The translations under genes and the position numbers were made by a program. Under the pieces are notes generated by a model. That model was given only the letters and a program-made list of their open reading frames with translations, searched no databases and had not been told where the DNA came from. This document shows, piece by piece, positions 51,712-63,665 of a stretch of 64,000 nt of DNA. Each line of letters starts with the position of its first letter. Position 1 is the stretch's first letter. Source of the DNA: Tubiluchus corallicola (Eukaryota > Animalia > Priapulida); contig JAQGDQ010000536.1 in NCBI GenBank assembly GCA_030141605.1, positions 57,961 through 121,960 of the forward strand, read 5' to 3'.

Positions 51712-52420
51712 TTAACGTAGCAGCACCGAAACGGCGACGACAATTCTCTTCTTCAAAATCTCATTCCACCTATTGTTGACGGAGGAATCAACATTTATAA
51801 GAGTATTCCACCTACTTTTATCTGCAGCTAACATAGCAAGTTCTTCTACTCCTAAAGATAGATTTGGTTGACGTTGTTGAACGTTTTTATTTATCTTAGC
51901 TATCCAAGTTGTTTTTAGTTTGCCAGGTGATTTTTTGGAAGGTTTTAAGGCTTCCTTTAAGATTCTTACTAGTACTTCAGTTGGTAATCTTAGAATGTTC
52001 ATTTTGTTCTGGTGTATACATCTTCATTTTTGATTATGTATGGCCATCTTATCTTTAAAACTTTCCTTAGTAGACTTCTATGAAATGTGTCAATCTGCTT
52101 TTCTTGAATAATCGTTAAACCCCAAGTTTCTCTGTTGTACAATAATATGTTGGTAACGTAAGCATTAAATAATGGAAGTCTTATGTTAAGGCTTGATTTC
52201 TTGCTAGTTATACATTCTTGTGTTGAAGAAAAGCATGCATTGCTTGTTGCTTTCTACTTTTAATATCACCTTCGGTTTAGAAAAGTGCCCATGTACTTGC
52301 AGTCCCTTCCCTTGCAATAATATATTCTTCTGTTTTTGACTGGTTTACTTGAAGATTTCTTTTCTCTAGTTTTTTTTTGGAAATTCCTTTTTCATGGAAC
52401 GCCATTTTTCGCTGGTTGCG
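51712..52420 (-). mobile_element. RTE-like LINE ORF 3' remnant
   Basis: Broken translation LQVNQSKTEEY...RLPLFNAYVTNILLYNRETWGLT...IDTFHRSLLRKVLKIRWP...ILRLPTEVLVR..ALKPSKKSPGKLKTTW. Confidence 0.75.
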
Positions 52421-53097
52421 TCATTCTGCATTGCCATGACGATAACTAAACGTCATTGCATTCTTCTGTTGGGAGGGTTTGCTGGATAACGAACATAAAC
52501 CACAGTCTGCTTCCTACCAGCTACATACAAAATTAGAAAAGTGCCGTTAATATTGGCTCACTAACGTGTTCGTTGTACAAGATGAAATCAGGTAAGTGGT
52601 AAAATGCATAATCTACGCTATGTGCTGTTACAGCTAAACACATGAAATAGCGAGGATCTAGGAATCAACATAACTGTTTATTGAGTGAAAATTTAACGCT
52701 AAGTCTTCTTACGGTGGGTCCTTCTCTTAGTATGCAAACTTTACCTGTGTAAACTAATTGTTTGCTGTAAGTGTAATCTTTTGTTTAATAATGTAATGAC
52801 AAATGCACGTTACCTACAATGTACCAAATTTTTCATGCATACGCAGGAAAGCTGTGTTTAGTCTCAGCAGTAGGCTGTTTTTGAGTCAGAATATTGTTAT
52901 TAATAACTTGCTGTACAATACTGATACAATTTTTCGGACATTTTTAAGTCGTGGGAAAGAATTTTATTTACTCATTTTAACTAACCCTTTCTTGTATATA
53001 AGCTTACTATGTTTCTGTAATCTAATTCTACGTTTTTACTTGTGCCATATTTTTATTCTTGTTCTATGCACTGTAAATGTCTGAAATAAAATAAATG

Positions 53098-53350
<253 letters not shown>

Positions 53351-53728
53351 TAATTTTTGTTTGAATCTGATCTATATGGTACAAGTTTTCCTTCGTAAGG
53401 TACTTCTACTTGTATGCTGATAACTTAAATTTCACTCTTTTGATTTTCTAATGACTTTTTATGCCTTGGTAAATGTACTGATTATTTCATGGCTTAATTT
53501 CTAACATTGATAATGACATTGGTGCCGATACGATCGGTTGGGCTCAATAAACAGCACGTTCAAATATAAGAAACAATTGCTAACTTTTGTAGGCAAGAAA
53601 ATGTATATTCTGGACAGTAGATTAAAATGAGATTGAGTCTAAACAATCGTCCGGTCCTCCTTTAAGTGGGTGATACCCCAGTACTGTAGTTTGCCGATTT
53701 AAACTTTTACACTTTTTCAGAAAATAAA

Positions 53729-54250
53729 ATGGCGGGGGACGGCACCGTTTCTGCCTGTACCATTAATAAAGAAAAAACTGAACAATATGGTACCATGCTA
53801 GCCAGTGCTTCTATAACCAGCCCGGGACTTGTTTCATCAAAGAACAATGTTCTGGATTTAGAGGTCCCAAGGGAAGTTCCGGGAAAACGTGCAGTACGAC
53901 GACACCGTCTCTGCTACGAGGCGTACGCAAAGGGCAAGCAAACCTTTCTTAGCTTACTGTACGAATCACCCAATGGTTCTAGAGTTTGGAAAAGAGAGGC
54001 ATTCGTGCGACCGAGTAAAGTGGGAGCGGCTCTTTTGAAGCTTTTAGTTTTACTTCTTCTGTCATTAATGGCAGCCGTTACCGTAAGAATACGTTCCTTG
54101 GACTGTGGCTATGTAGATTATCAGCTGACGAGAGTTTATCCGTATTTACACTGCAAAATACCACCAAAGTCTCTCATGCAAATCACTATGGAACGGTTTT
54201 TCATCAACCTGTTTCCCTCAAGTACAACTTGGCAGGACGTCGTGATGTAA
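53729..54250 (+). pseudogene. Possible frameshifted P2X7-ballast-like (KolX-like) coding remnant
   Basis: Across frames: ITSPG..NVLDLEV, FLAY, ITQWF..(L/F)GK.GIR, AVTVRIRSL..GYVDY. This resembles the 'CIT.HPGF..CL...VL...AYR.F..W..G.LGK..R...P.C.V..IR..FP...Y.G' pattern. It sits beside a TTAA-type terminus at 53665. Recognised by eye only. Confidence 0.35.
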
Positions 54251-54519
54251 ACGAATTAGCAACAATAAACGAGTTACAAACGAATAAAAATGCTTAAAAT
54301 TTTGAAAAAAATGTTTCTGTTATAGAAGTGTTTAAATTATGTGTGAAGTAAGCCATTATGCAGTTTTGGAATGTTTTGGAATTGTGAATTTGCTGTAAAT
54401 TTCAAGATCAGTGTTTAAAGAATAAAAACAAAATGTTTTCACTTGTGAAATCTTTCTTATTTTCACATGCCAAATTAAAAACGGTATTTGCTGTACCTAC
54501 AATATTATTGTTATTTTTA

Positions 54520-54626
54520 TTTATAATTAAAACATCACAACTCTGTTAAAACTTTTAATTTACGTTGTTAAAAAATCATGTCAAATGTTTCGACAAAGCT
54601 ACTGCTTGTCGTCATCAGTGGTAAAT
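54520..54626 (-). ncRNA. Penelope-type minimal hammerhead ribozyme motif (inverted copy)
   Basis: Minus strand acca-CTGATGA-c-GACAA-gcagtagct-TTGTC-GAAAC-att-tgacatga, plus a downstream tail shared with 55340-55495. Confidence 0.55.
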
Positions 54627-54647
54627 CGGTTTAACAGGCGCCAAACA

Positions 54648-54648
54648 G

Positions 54649-54682
<34 letters not shown>

Positions 54683-54691
54683 GAGTGAGTG

Positions 54692-54770
<79 letters not shown>
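54648..54770. repeat. (GTAA)n microsatellite
   Basis: Seen directly in the sequence. Confidence 0.95.
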
Positions 54771-55299
54771 TTATTAGTTTATCACCATTTTTAAAATAGC
54801 AAAATACATAACTAACAGATTTATAAATCTGTACAACGTACAATAATATTACAAAGTGCAAAAGTAATTATTGATTAGTGGTGAAAGGGTGGCGAAAGAA
54901 CTATACGTTATCGAGGTCAGCCACCCTCTCAGGATTGTTACTAATATAATTAATTAGTTAATGCGCATGTACCAGGTAATAAAAATTATCAGATTTTGCA
55001 TTTAAGACGAATGAAAATTGAACGTTATACGAATGTGTTAGTTTATAATAAAATAATGGGAAAGAAGAGACACACGTGACTATCTTTAAATAATATTTTA
55101 ACCATTACGTATTTAAAACTAATGTTATGAGGAACTAGAGCCAAAGGAAGAAAAAAAATGAATTTTCCGCTGAATTAGCAGACCAGTAGAAAAGAAATTG
55201 ATACACTCACCGTAATTTGCGTGGTGTAAATACATAATTAGTGCATAATGTTCTATACTGTAGGCTCTGCCTATATAAACTGGTTGTATGTTTGTAAAA

Positions 55300-55495
55300 A
55301 TTTTCCACTGACGATGACAGCAGTAACTCTGTCGAAACGTTTGACATGATTTTTTAACTGTGTAAATTAAAAAACTTTTAATAGAGCTGTGAAATTTACC
55401 ACTGATGATGACAGCAGTAGCTCCGTCGAAACGTTTGACATGATTTTTAAACTGTGTAAATTAAAAAATTTTTAATAAAGTTGTGTTTTAACTAC
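55300..55495 (+). ncRNA. Two tandem Penelope-type minimal hammerhead motifs (94-nt period)
   Basis: CTGACGA (55308) ...gacag/ctgtc... GAAAC (55334) GTT, and CTGATGA (55402) ...gac/gtc... GAAAC (55428) GTT. Confidence 0.55.
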
Positions 55496-55895
55496 AAATA
55501 ATCTAATAATTATATAAGGATATGTATGTATGAGTAAAATAGATTAAAAAGCCAGACTAATTTTCTGGTATGACTTATAAAAGCTAATAATTGCAAAGTA
55601 TAATAGCAAAAATATCCCAAGAATCAGATAGAAACCGTAATTTTATTTCTTCTCTAGTTGTGAATTTCAATCTTTTAAAAGAGTAATGATAACTTTTTAC
55701 TTAAAAATTTTCTTAATAATTTCACTCAATAACAACTTTCAAAATATTTATCAAATAACAACAAGTTTCCAATACCGTAAACTCCATTGTTGGTTATTTG
55801 AAAAAACAATCTTTAGTAAATAAACCATAACTTAACTTATAAACACTATGACTTACAAGCCTAGTCAATAATAGTATCTACATCAAAAGTTTAAA

Positions 55896-56558
55896 AGCGC
55901 GTTCAGACTAGCGAGTTTTCTGTCAGGAGTTTTTTCTCTGACAGCAAACTCGCAAGTGTGAAACTGCTTTACGAGTTACTGTAGGCAAGTTAGTGCAAAC
56001 TCTCCGACAGTTGCTATGAGTTGATTCCCTGCAAGTTACTCTCTAATGTGAACGCTTCGTCGAGTTACTCTCCACACTTCTGACAGTGAATAGAGAAGGG
56101 AGTGTGAGCTCGCGCTCACTGTTGGTGAGTAACTCACATCACGTTTTGCTCTCTAGTCTGAACACGCTCGAGAGTTACTCTCGACACTTCTTCCAGTGAA
56201 TAGAGAAGGGAGTGTCAGCTCACGCTTACTGTTGGTGAGTAACTCACAGCAAGTTTTGCTCTCTAGTCTGAACACGCTCGAGAGTTACTCTCGATACTTC
56301 TCGCAGTGAATAGAGAAGGGAGTGTCAGCTCGCGCTTACTGTTGGTGAGTAACTCACAGCAAGTTTTGCTCTCTAGTCTGAACACGCTCGAGAGTTACTC
56401 TCGATACTTCTTCCAGTGAATAGAGAAGAGAGTGTCAGCTCAGGCTTGCTATCGGAAGAGAGTAACTCGCAGCAGGTGTTGCTCTCTAGTCTGAACACAC
56501 TTGTGAGTTATTTTCCAAGTTTACTTGGCGAGAAAACTCCTTTGTGTGAACGCCTCCT
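55896..56558. mobile_element. PIF/Harbinger-like MITE with an internal 110-bp tandem repeat x4
   Basis: Termini gcgcgttcagact ... tgtgtgaacgcctc. The internal unit gagttactctcga..cagtgaatagagaagggagtgtcagctc...ctctctagtctgaacacgctc repeats over 56062-56500. Confidence 0.55.
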
Positions 56559-57274
56559 TAAGGCCATTTCATAGTGATGACGCAAGGAGTTGCTGACAGA
56601 AAATCACAAAACTTTCAGAATTTTTTTGATTTTTTCGCGAAATCCCATGCAGCAAGAAAGTTCATTTCACAGTTGCAGGCTGTAACTGTTACTCCTCATC
56701 ATGAACAACGAAGAGACATCAGGATTTTAATCAGTGCTTACTGCTGTTACGATAGTATTAATAACTGTCGTTATTAGGTGCACCCATTTAATGAAAAATG
56801 AAACAGCATCATGCCGTTATTGCTACCTAATATGGGTGCAATAACTGATATCTGAGAGATGATTTGCAGAAATTTTACAGTTACACTAGTATATAGCTAT
56901 GACCGTTGCGTAGATGATGTATAAAATCGTCTGTCAATTAAAAGAGAAATTAAATCTTGTAACTTTAAGTACTGAAATGCGTTAATTGTTGTTCATTAAA
57001 CATGCAATTGAGCAGTTAAATTTTAGTCTGAAATCCGCGAGGAACATGCAGTATTTCTACCATGCGGCAAAATTCCTCACGAGGAGGACGCATAGCTTCT
57101 AGCTGGCAGCAGAATTCCTCACGAGGAGGACGCATAGCTTCTAGCTGGCAGCAGAATTCATCGCAAGAATTTTGCCGAGTGTCAAAATTATGAAATACGC
57201 CATAGAAACCATGTTCCATTTTCGTGAGGAATGACGCCAGGAATTTCTCCTCCAGGCATTTTGTTGCGCATCCT

Positions 57275-58040
57275 CGCTTTAATAAGAAAATTTTCCATGC
57301 GACCAGATGATGTTAAAATCATGCTATTTAAGAGTTACTGTTGCAAGGTTTACTGTATGCCTGTATGGACTAATTATAGTAATGGTGTGATAAACAGGCT
57401 GCGTATTGCATACAGCAATGGTATAGGAAAACTGTTTCGCTTAAAGCATGATTGCAGTGCTTCTAGCATGTGTGTAAACCTATCTACGATTGCAGTGCTT
57501 CTAGCACGTGTGTAAACCTATCTACCATTGCAGTGCTTCTAGCACGTGTGTAAACCTATCTACGACTGCAGTGCTTCTGACATGTGTGTAAACCTATCTA
57601 CGCTTGCAGTGCTTCTAGCATGTGTGTAAACCTATCTACGATTGCAGTGCTTCTAGCATGTGTGTAAACCTATCTACGATTGCAGTGCATCTAGCATGTG
57701 TGTAAACCTATCTACGATTGCAGTGCTTCTAGCACGTGTGTAAACCTATCTACGATTGCAGTGCTTCTAGCACGTGTGTAAACCTATCTACGATTGCAGT
57801 GCTTCTAGCACGTGTGTAAACCTATCTACGATTGCAGTGCTTCTAGCACGTGTGTAAACCTATCTACGATTGCAGTGCTTCTAGCACGTGTGTAAACCTA
57901 TATCTACCACATTTTAGTCATATTCGCAGTAGATCATGTTGTAGCGTTCGTAATAGGTTACTACTGTACACTGGCAATAGTATTATAACTGCTATTATTA
58001 ACTCATATTGACTTGTCAAATCTTGCTTTTTGGGAAATGG
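57275..58040 (+). mobile_element. LINE ORF2 3' remnant interrupted by a minisatellite
   Basis: LIRKFSMRPDDVKIMLFKSYCCKVYCMPVWTNYSNGVINRLRIAYSNGIGKLFRLKHDCSASSMCVNL, resuming after the array as LPHFSHIRSRSCCSVRNRL...NSIITAIINS. This is a typical post-RT segment of non-LTR elements. Confidence 0.7.
57450..57905. repeat. 38-bp minisatellite x12 derived from the LINE sequence
   Basis: Unit gattgcagtgcttctagcacgtgtgtaaacctatctac, equal to the codons for DCSASSMCVNL. Confidence 0.95.
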
Positions 58041-58091
58041 AACGAATTATTACATAATTACATAATTTGCCTCTAAAATTTATTTAACTTT

Positions 58092-58135
<44 letters not shown>

Positions 58136-58230
58136 AAAGTTAATCAATGTATGTACATATATTGATGATCAATCAGTGTTAGTTACTAAAAGCTTTCACT
58201 AAAAATTTACTAACCTTGAATATATATTAC

Positions 58231-58262
<32 letters not shown>

Positions 58263-59004
58263 ATGAAATAAACAATATATTTCATTTTAACACTGTATTT
58301 GTATTTTATATGGTCTTAATTACCGAAGTAAGAATTTGAATTGAATTGAATTGCGAAATGTCCTAAGTTTTAACAGCTGCTAATTTGCAGTAATCTACCT
58401 TGTACATCCTAAAACGATAATAATTATCAGCTGTTTACGTCTGCTTAACATAAATTTTAATAAAGTGCAGGAGGTTTTTTTAAATAAACTATACAGAAGC
58501 CGACATAGCACAAGGAAACAGTGTTTTTAGGCGCATGGTGAACACGTGAGTGGTTTTCATTGATATAAACTTAGGCAAGGGTAGGCTAGGTACACGCACT
58601 GTACCAGCATTTTAGCCTTAGTCGAGAAAATCAAAACCGTTGCAGTGTTATGGAAAAGCAGTGTTATCTTATAAGGGTATGGCGCTGGGGCAAACAAGAT
58701 TTATGTAACAGACAAAATTATTCAAAACATGAATTATTAATGATAGAAATATGTAAATTTACGTGCCACCTTTTTCATAAAAAACTTGCAAATTACAGGT
58801 TTTAGGATTTTCTGCTGTTCTGGAGTCTTAGTAAGTCGTCTATTCATAGATGTAAGTGTCGCGTTAACATGCAGTTCTTTTACATAATGTTATGCTTACA
58901 GTTTTTAATAGACGATGTTACCTAAGTCACTCACTAGATTGATTTTCAGTTTTCTTTGTCGTATGAGCAATGGCTGAAATAAAAACATTTCTTACTTAGG
59001 ACTA

Positions 59005-59215
59005 AGGTACTTAGGCAGAGCATGGGATGTATAGTCCCAGGTCTAGGGTTCAAGTACCGACTAGTGCACAATTTTTCAGCGTCTTCTTTCTTCAACTCAT
59101 TATCCACAGTGGGTTATAAGTGTTGTGAACTAAACCGCAATGGTTTATGATCATTCTGGAATTTACAGCCATAATCTAATTAACGATATCGTTAATTGCC
59201 AGCTAATTTGAAAAA
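59005..59215 (+). mobile_element. tRNA-derived repeat (family 2), diverged copy
   Basis: caggtctagggttcaagtaccgactagtg...tttcttcaactcat...ttaacgatatcgttaattgccagctaatttg matches the reverse complement of the 38020-38345 region. Confidence 0.55.
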
Positions 59216-59219
59216 GTTC

Positions 59220-59220
59220 A

Positions 59221-59252
<32 letters not shown>

Positions 59253-59500
59253 CACTTACTCACTTACTCACTCACTCACTCACTCACTCACTCACTCACT
59301 CACTCACTCACTCACTCACTCACTCACACACTTACTTACTTATTTACTTACTTACTTACTTACTTACTTTCTCACTCACTCACTTACTTGCTTACTTACT
59401 CAGTCACTCACTCACTCACTCACTTACTTATTTATTCACTCACCCATTCACTCGCTCATGCACTCACTACTCACTAACTCACTCACTTATTCACTTACTA
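59220..59500. repeat. (ACTT/ACTC)n microsatellite
   Basis: Seen directly in the sequence. Confidence 0.9.
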
Positions 59501-59782
59501 AAATCTCTTGAATCATTGATTCAGCTGCCAAGTGGTCATTTGGTTGCTGTTGCAATTTTCATTGACTTTTCATAAATTTATAAAAATAATAATGATACTA
59601 TTCAGACATCAATGGGAGAGCCACTTAAACACTAAACAGTATTCAACAGATTGTTAAAATCTTGTGATTGTATGATCCATTGGCACCCCTAAACATACGT
59701 ACAATTTTAACATACTGCTTGATCTAAAAAAACATCACAGACACCTTATTTGGTCGTAACCTATACTGCTATATAATTATTT

Positions 59783-61497
59783 AATGTGGCAGTCAAGTGA
59801 AAAATCAAATTTCTTGACTAAAGTTGATGTTTATGTTTCTACGTTCTGCAACTTCCAATGTAGCAATCAAGTGAAAAACCAAATTTCTTGACTAAAGTTG
59901 ATGTTATGTTTCTACGTTCTATGCACGTTCTCAACTTCCAATGTAAAAACCCAACCTGTAGCATCAAGTGAAAAACCAAATTTCTTGACTAAAGTTGATG
60001 TTATGTTTCACGTTCTTCAACTTCAATGGCAGTCATGAAAAACCAATTTCTTGACTAAATTGATGCTATGTTTCTACGTTCTTCAACTTCCAATGTGGCA
60101 GTCAAGTGAAAAACCAAATTTCTTGACTAAGTTGATGTTTATGTTTCTACGTTCTGCAACTTCCAATGTAGCAATCAAGTGAAAAACCAAATTTCTTGAC
60201 TAAAGTTGATGTTATGTTTCTACGTTCTTCAACTTCCAATGTAGCAGTCAAGTGAAAAACCAAATTTCTTGACTAAAGTTGATGTTATGTTTCTACGTTC
60301 TTCAACTTCCAATGTGGCAATCAAGTGAAAAACCAAATTTCTTGACTAAAGTTGATGTTATGTTTCTACGTTCTTCAACTTCCAACGTGGCAGTCAAGTG
60401 AAAAACCAAATTTCTTGACTAAAGTTGATGTAATGTTTCTACGTTCTTCAACTTCCAATGTGGCAGTCAAGTGAAAAATCAAATTTCTTGACTAAAGTTG
60501 ATGTTATGTTTCTACGTTCTTCAACTTCCAATGTGGCAGTCAAGTGAAAAACCAAATTTCTTGACTAAAGTTGATGTTATGTTTCTACGTTCTTCAACTT
60601 CCAATGTGGCAGTCTAGTGAAAAACCAAATTTCTTGACTAAAGTTGATGTTAATGTTTCTACGTTCTTTCAACTTCCAATGTGGCAGTCAAGTGAAAAAC
60701 CAACTTTCTTGACTAAAATTGATGCTATGTTTCTACGTTCTTCAACTTCCAATGTGGCAGTCAAGTGAAAAACCAAATTTCTTGACTAAAGTTGATGTTA
60801 TGTTTCTACGTTCTTCAACTTCCTATGTAGCAGTCAAGTGAAAAACCAAATTTCTTGACTAAAGTTGATGTTAATGTTTCTACGTTCTTTCAACTTCCAA
60901 TGTGGCAGTCAAGTGAAAAACCAACTTTCTTGACTAAAATTGATGCTATGTTTCTACGTTCTTCAACTTCCAATGTGGCAGTCAAGTGAAAAACCAAATT
61001 TCTTGACTAAAGTTGATGTTAATGTTTCTACGTTCTTCAACTTCCAATGTGGCAGTCAAGTGAAAAACCAAATTTCTTGACTAAAGTTGATGTTAATGTT
61101 TCTACGTTCTTCAACTTCCAATGTGGCAGTCAAGTGAAAAATCAAATTTCTTGACTAAAGTTGATGTTAATGTTTCTACGTTCTTCAACTTCCAATGTGG
61201 CAGTCAAGTGAAAAACCAAATTTCTTGACTAAAGTTGATGTTATGTTTCTACGTTCTTCAACTTCCAATGTGGCAGTCAAGTGAAAAACCAAATTTCTTG
61301 ACTAAAGTTGATGTTATGTTTCTACGTTCTTCAACTTCCAATGTGGCAGTCAAGTGAAAAACCAAATTTCTTGACTAAAGTTGATGTTAATGTTTCTACG
61401 TTCTTCAACTTCCAATGTGGCAGTCAAGTGAAAAACCAAATTTCTTGACTAAAGTTGATGTTAATGTTTCTACGTTCTTCAACTTCCAATGTGGCAG
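59783..61497. repeat. Satellite, 73-74-bp unit, about 23 copies
   Basis: Unit aatgtggcagtcaagtgaaaaaccaaatttcttgactaaagttgatgttatgtttctacgttcttcaacttcc. Confidence 0.97.
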
Positions 61498-62129
61498 TGT
61501 TCGCGTATCATCTGTTTTAAAATATCATGTCAGTTTGTTTGCAAAACTGGTGCTTGGTGTTGATAAAATTTCCATCTATTACAAAAACCATCAAGGTTGT
61601 GTTAAAACTTCAAGAACTTGATGTTGATAAATCGTTGCCTGCCTGGTCCCTAACACTGTAACCCCTGAAAGTATTCTCCAGTTACGTGACAGTCGGCTAC
61701 ACGCCACACATTTTGGTAAGACGTATTTGATGTTTGTTGTTCCTAAAACGAAGCATTTTCAGTTTTCGACAGATGACAAGTGTCAACTGAGCTCGATGTC
61801 CTCACAATCAGTCAACAATGCTGGAACAACTAGAGCTCGTGTGAAACAGATCTGCTCTTCCTCGAGAAATATAATCTTAGGGTTGCTTTGCAGGAGAGCT
61901 TCGCAGTGTTTGAGCAGCATTGATTAATAAGGTGGTATTTGTAAAGCATCGATTATTTTCATGGTACTTGTTTACAGATGCAAGAAATTCAGTGGTTTTA
62001 CCTACAATCGTCTCATCTCACCGCATACCATCTGTTTTTAGGCTACCATATAGATTAGCTTAGATTAGCTTAATTTAATCTGGCTCATTGGTTAGCTTGA
62101 CTTACCTGAGCAATACAGTCCTTGCCTTG

Positions 62130-62830
62130 CTTTGACTAACCTTACTTTATCTTACCTTACTCATCCTTACCTTTCTTTTAATTATCTTACGTCACATTAC
62201 CTTACCTTACCTTACCTTACCTTACCTTACCTTACCTTACCTTACCTTACCTTACCTTACCTTACCTTACCTTACCTTACCTTACCTTACCTTACCTTAC
62301 CTTACCTTACCGTATGGTTAATTTACTTTCCTTACCTTGCTTTGCCATGTCTTACCTTATCTTATCTTACTTAAGCTTACCTTACCTTATCTTAACTTGC
62401 CTTGTTTAGCTTACCTTATCTTAAGTTATCTTACCATACATCACCTTATTTTACCTTATTCTTACTTTATTTTACCTTATTTTACTTTTCCTTTCTTTAC
62501 CTTACCTTACCTTACCTTACCTTACCTTACCAAGTCTTACGTTATCTTACCTTTCCTTACTTTACCTGCCCTTATTTTACCTCGTCTTACCTTGCCTCCC
62601 CTTACTTAACCTCATTCTTACGTTACCTTACCTTACCTTACATTACCTTACCTTACCTTACCTTACCTTACCTTACCTTACCTTACCTTACCTTACCTTA
62701 CCTTACCTTGCCTTACCTTACCTTACCTTACCTTACCTTACCTTACCTTGCCTTACCTTACCTTACCTTACCTTACCTTGCCTTACCCTACCTTACCTTA
62801 CCTTACCTTACTTTAATATACCTTACTTTA
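62130..62830. repeat. (CCTTA)n pentanucleotide tract
   Basis: Seen directly in the sequence. Confidence 0.95.
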
Positions 62831-63334
62831 ACTAATCTAAAATGTCATGGATCAGAAATTCTATTTGATTGCGGTTATGAGACCATGGGTGATCGCGGGT
62901 TCAATAGCCATTCTGGGCGAGTTCATCTGCTTATAGAGACTCCATAAGGTCCTGTGTTTCATGTTTATAGGATTAGCTTTTGTAATGATTTTGAATTAAA
63001 CAAATATCTACCTCGGCCCTTTCTCTAAGTAGTGAATCACTGCTTGAATACTGAAGTGCATTAAAAAAATGTATCGATGTTCTATCTTGTTCACTGAAAT
63101 GTTGCTTTTACAGCTGCAACTAGACTGAAGACTGATAATGACGTCTCTTCTCGTAATTACTTACCATCTTAATTTAGAACTAGCTCAAATGTCATGTTTA
63201 TTTCTTGATGTACGAGTCGATCATTGTTGCTCAGGAAACAGTCTGCCAATTCTGGTGCAAAGTAAACGAAGACACCTTCTATACAAGTCTATTCTCTATT
63301 ATAAGTGAGATACGACTTCGCCCAATGATTTATA

Positions 63335-63665
63335 CGGTGCCATTTTTACCTGTGCCATTTTACCTACTCTCTTTTTGTACCATTTTTGTCCTGTACCATG
63401 TTTACCGTGCTATTTTTTCCTGTGCCATTTTACCTACTCTCTTTTTGTACCATTTTTGTCCTGTACCATGTTTACCGTGCTATTTTTTCCTGTGCCATTT
63501 TACCTACTCTCTTTTTGTGCCATTTCTGTCTTGTACCATGTTCACCGTGCTATTTTTGCTGTGCCGTTTTTTTCTGTGCCATTTTTACCTGTGCCATTTT
63601 ACCTACTTTTCCATTTGGCCATTTTTCATGAGCCATTTATCTGTGCCTGTCCCATTTTTACCTAC
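63335..63665. repeat. About 70-bp tandem repeat x3 built from gtgccattt subunits
   Basis: tgtgccattttacctactctctttttgtaccatttttgtcctgtaccatgtttaccgtgctattttttcc is repeated. Confidence 0.85.

Noticed and set aside
61640-62010. Plus-strand segment with apparent short GT-AG introns (about 61698-61752 and 61932-61977)
   Set aside because: No frame gives a recognisable or stop-free protein, so it cannot be supported as a gene.
62130-62830. Possible telomeric repeat
   Set aside because: (CCTTA)n equals (TAAGG)n, not TTAGG or TTAGGG. The few CCTAA units near 33035 are part of a pentamer mosaic.
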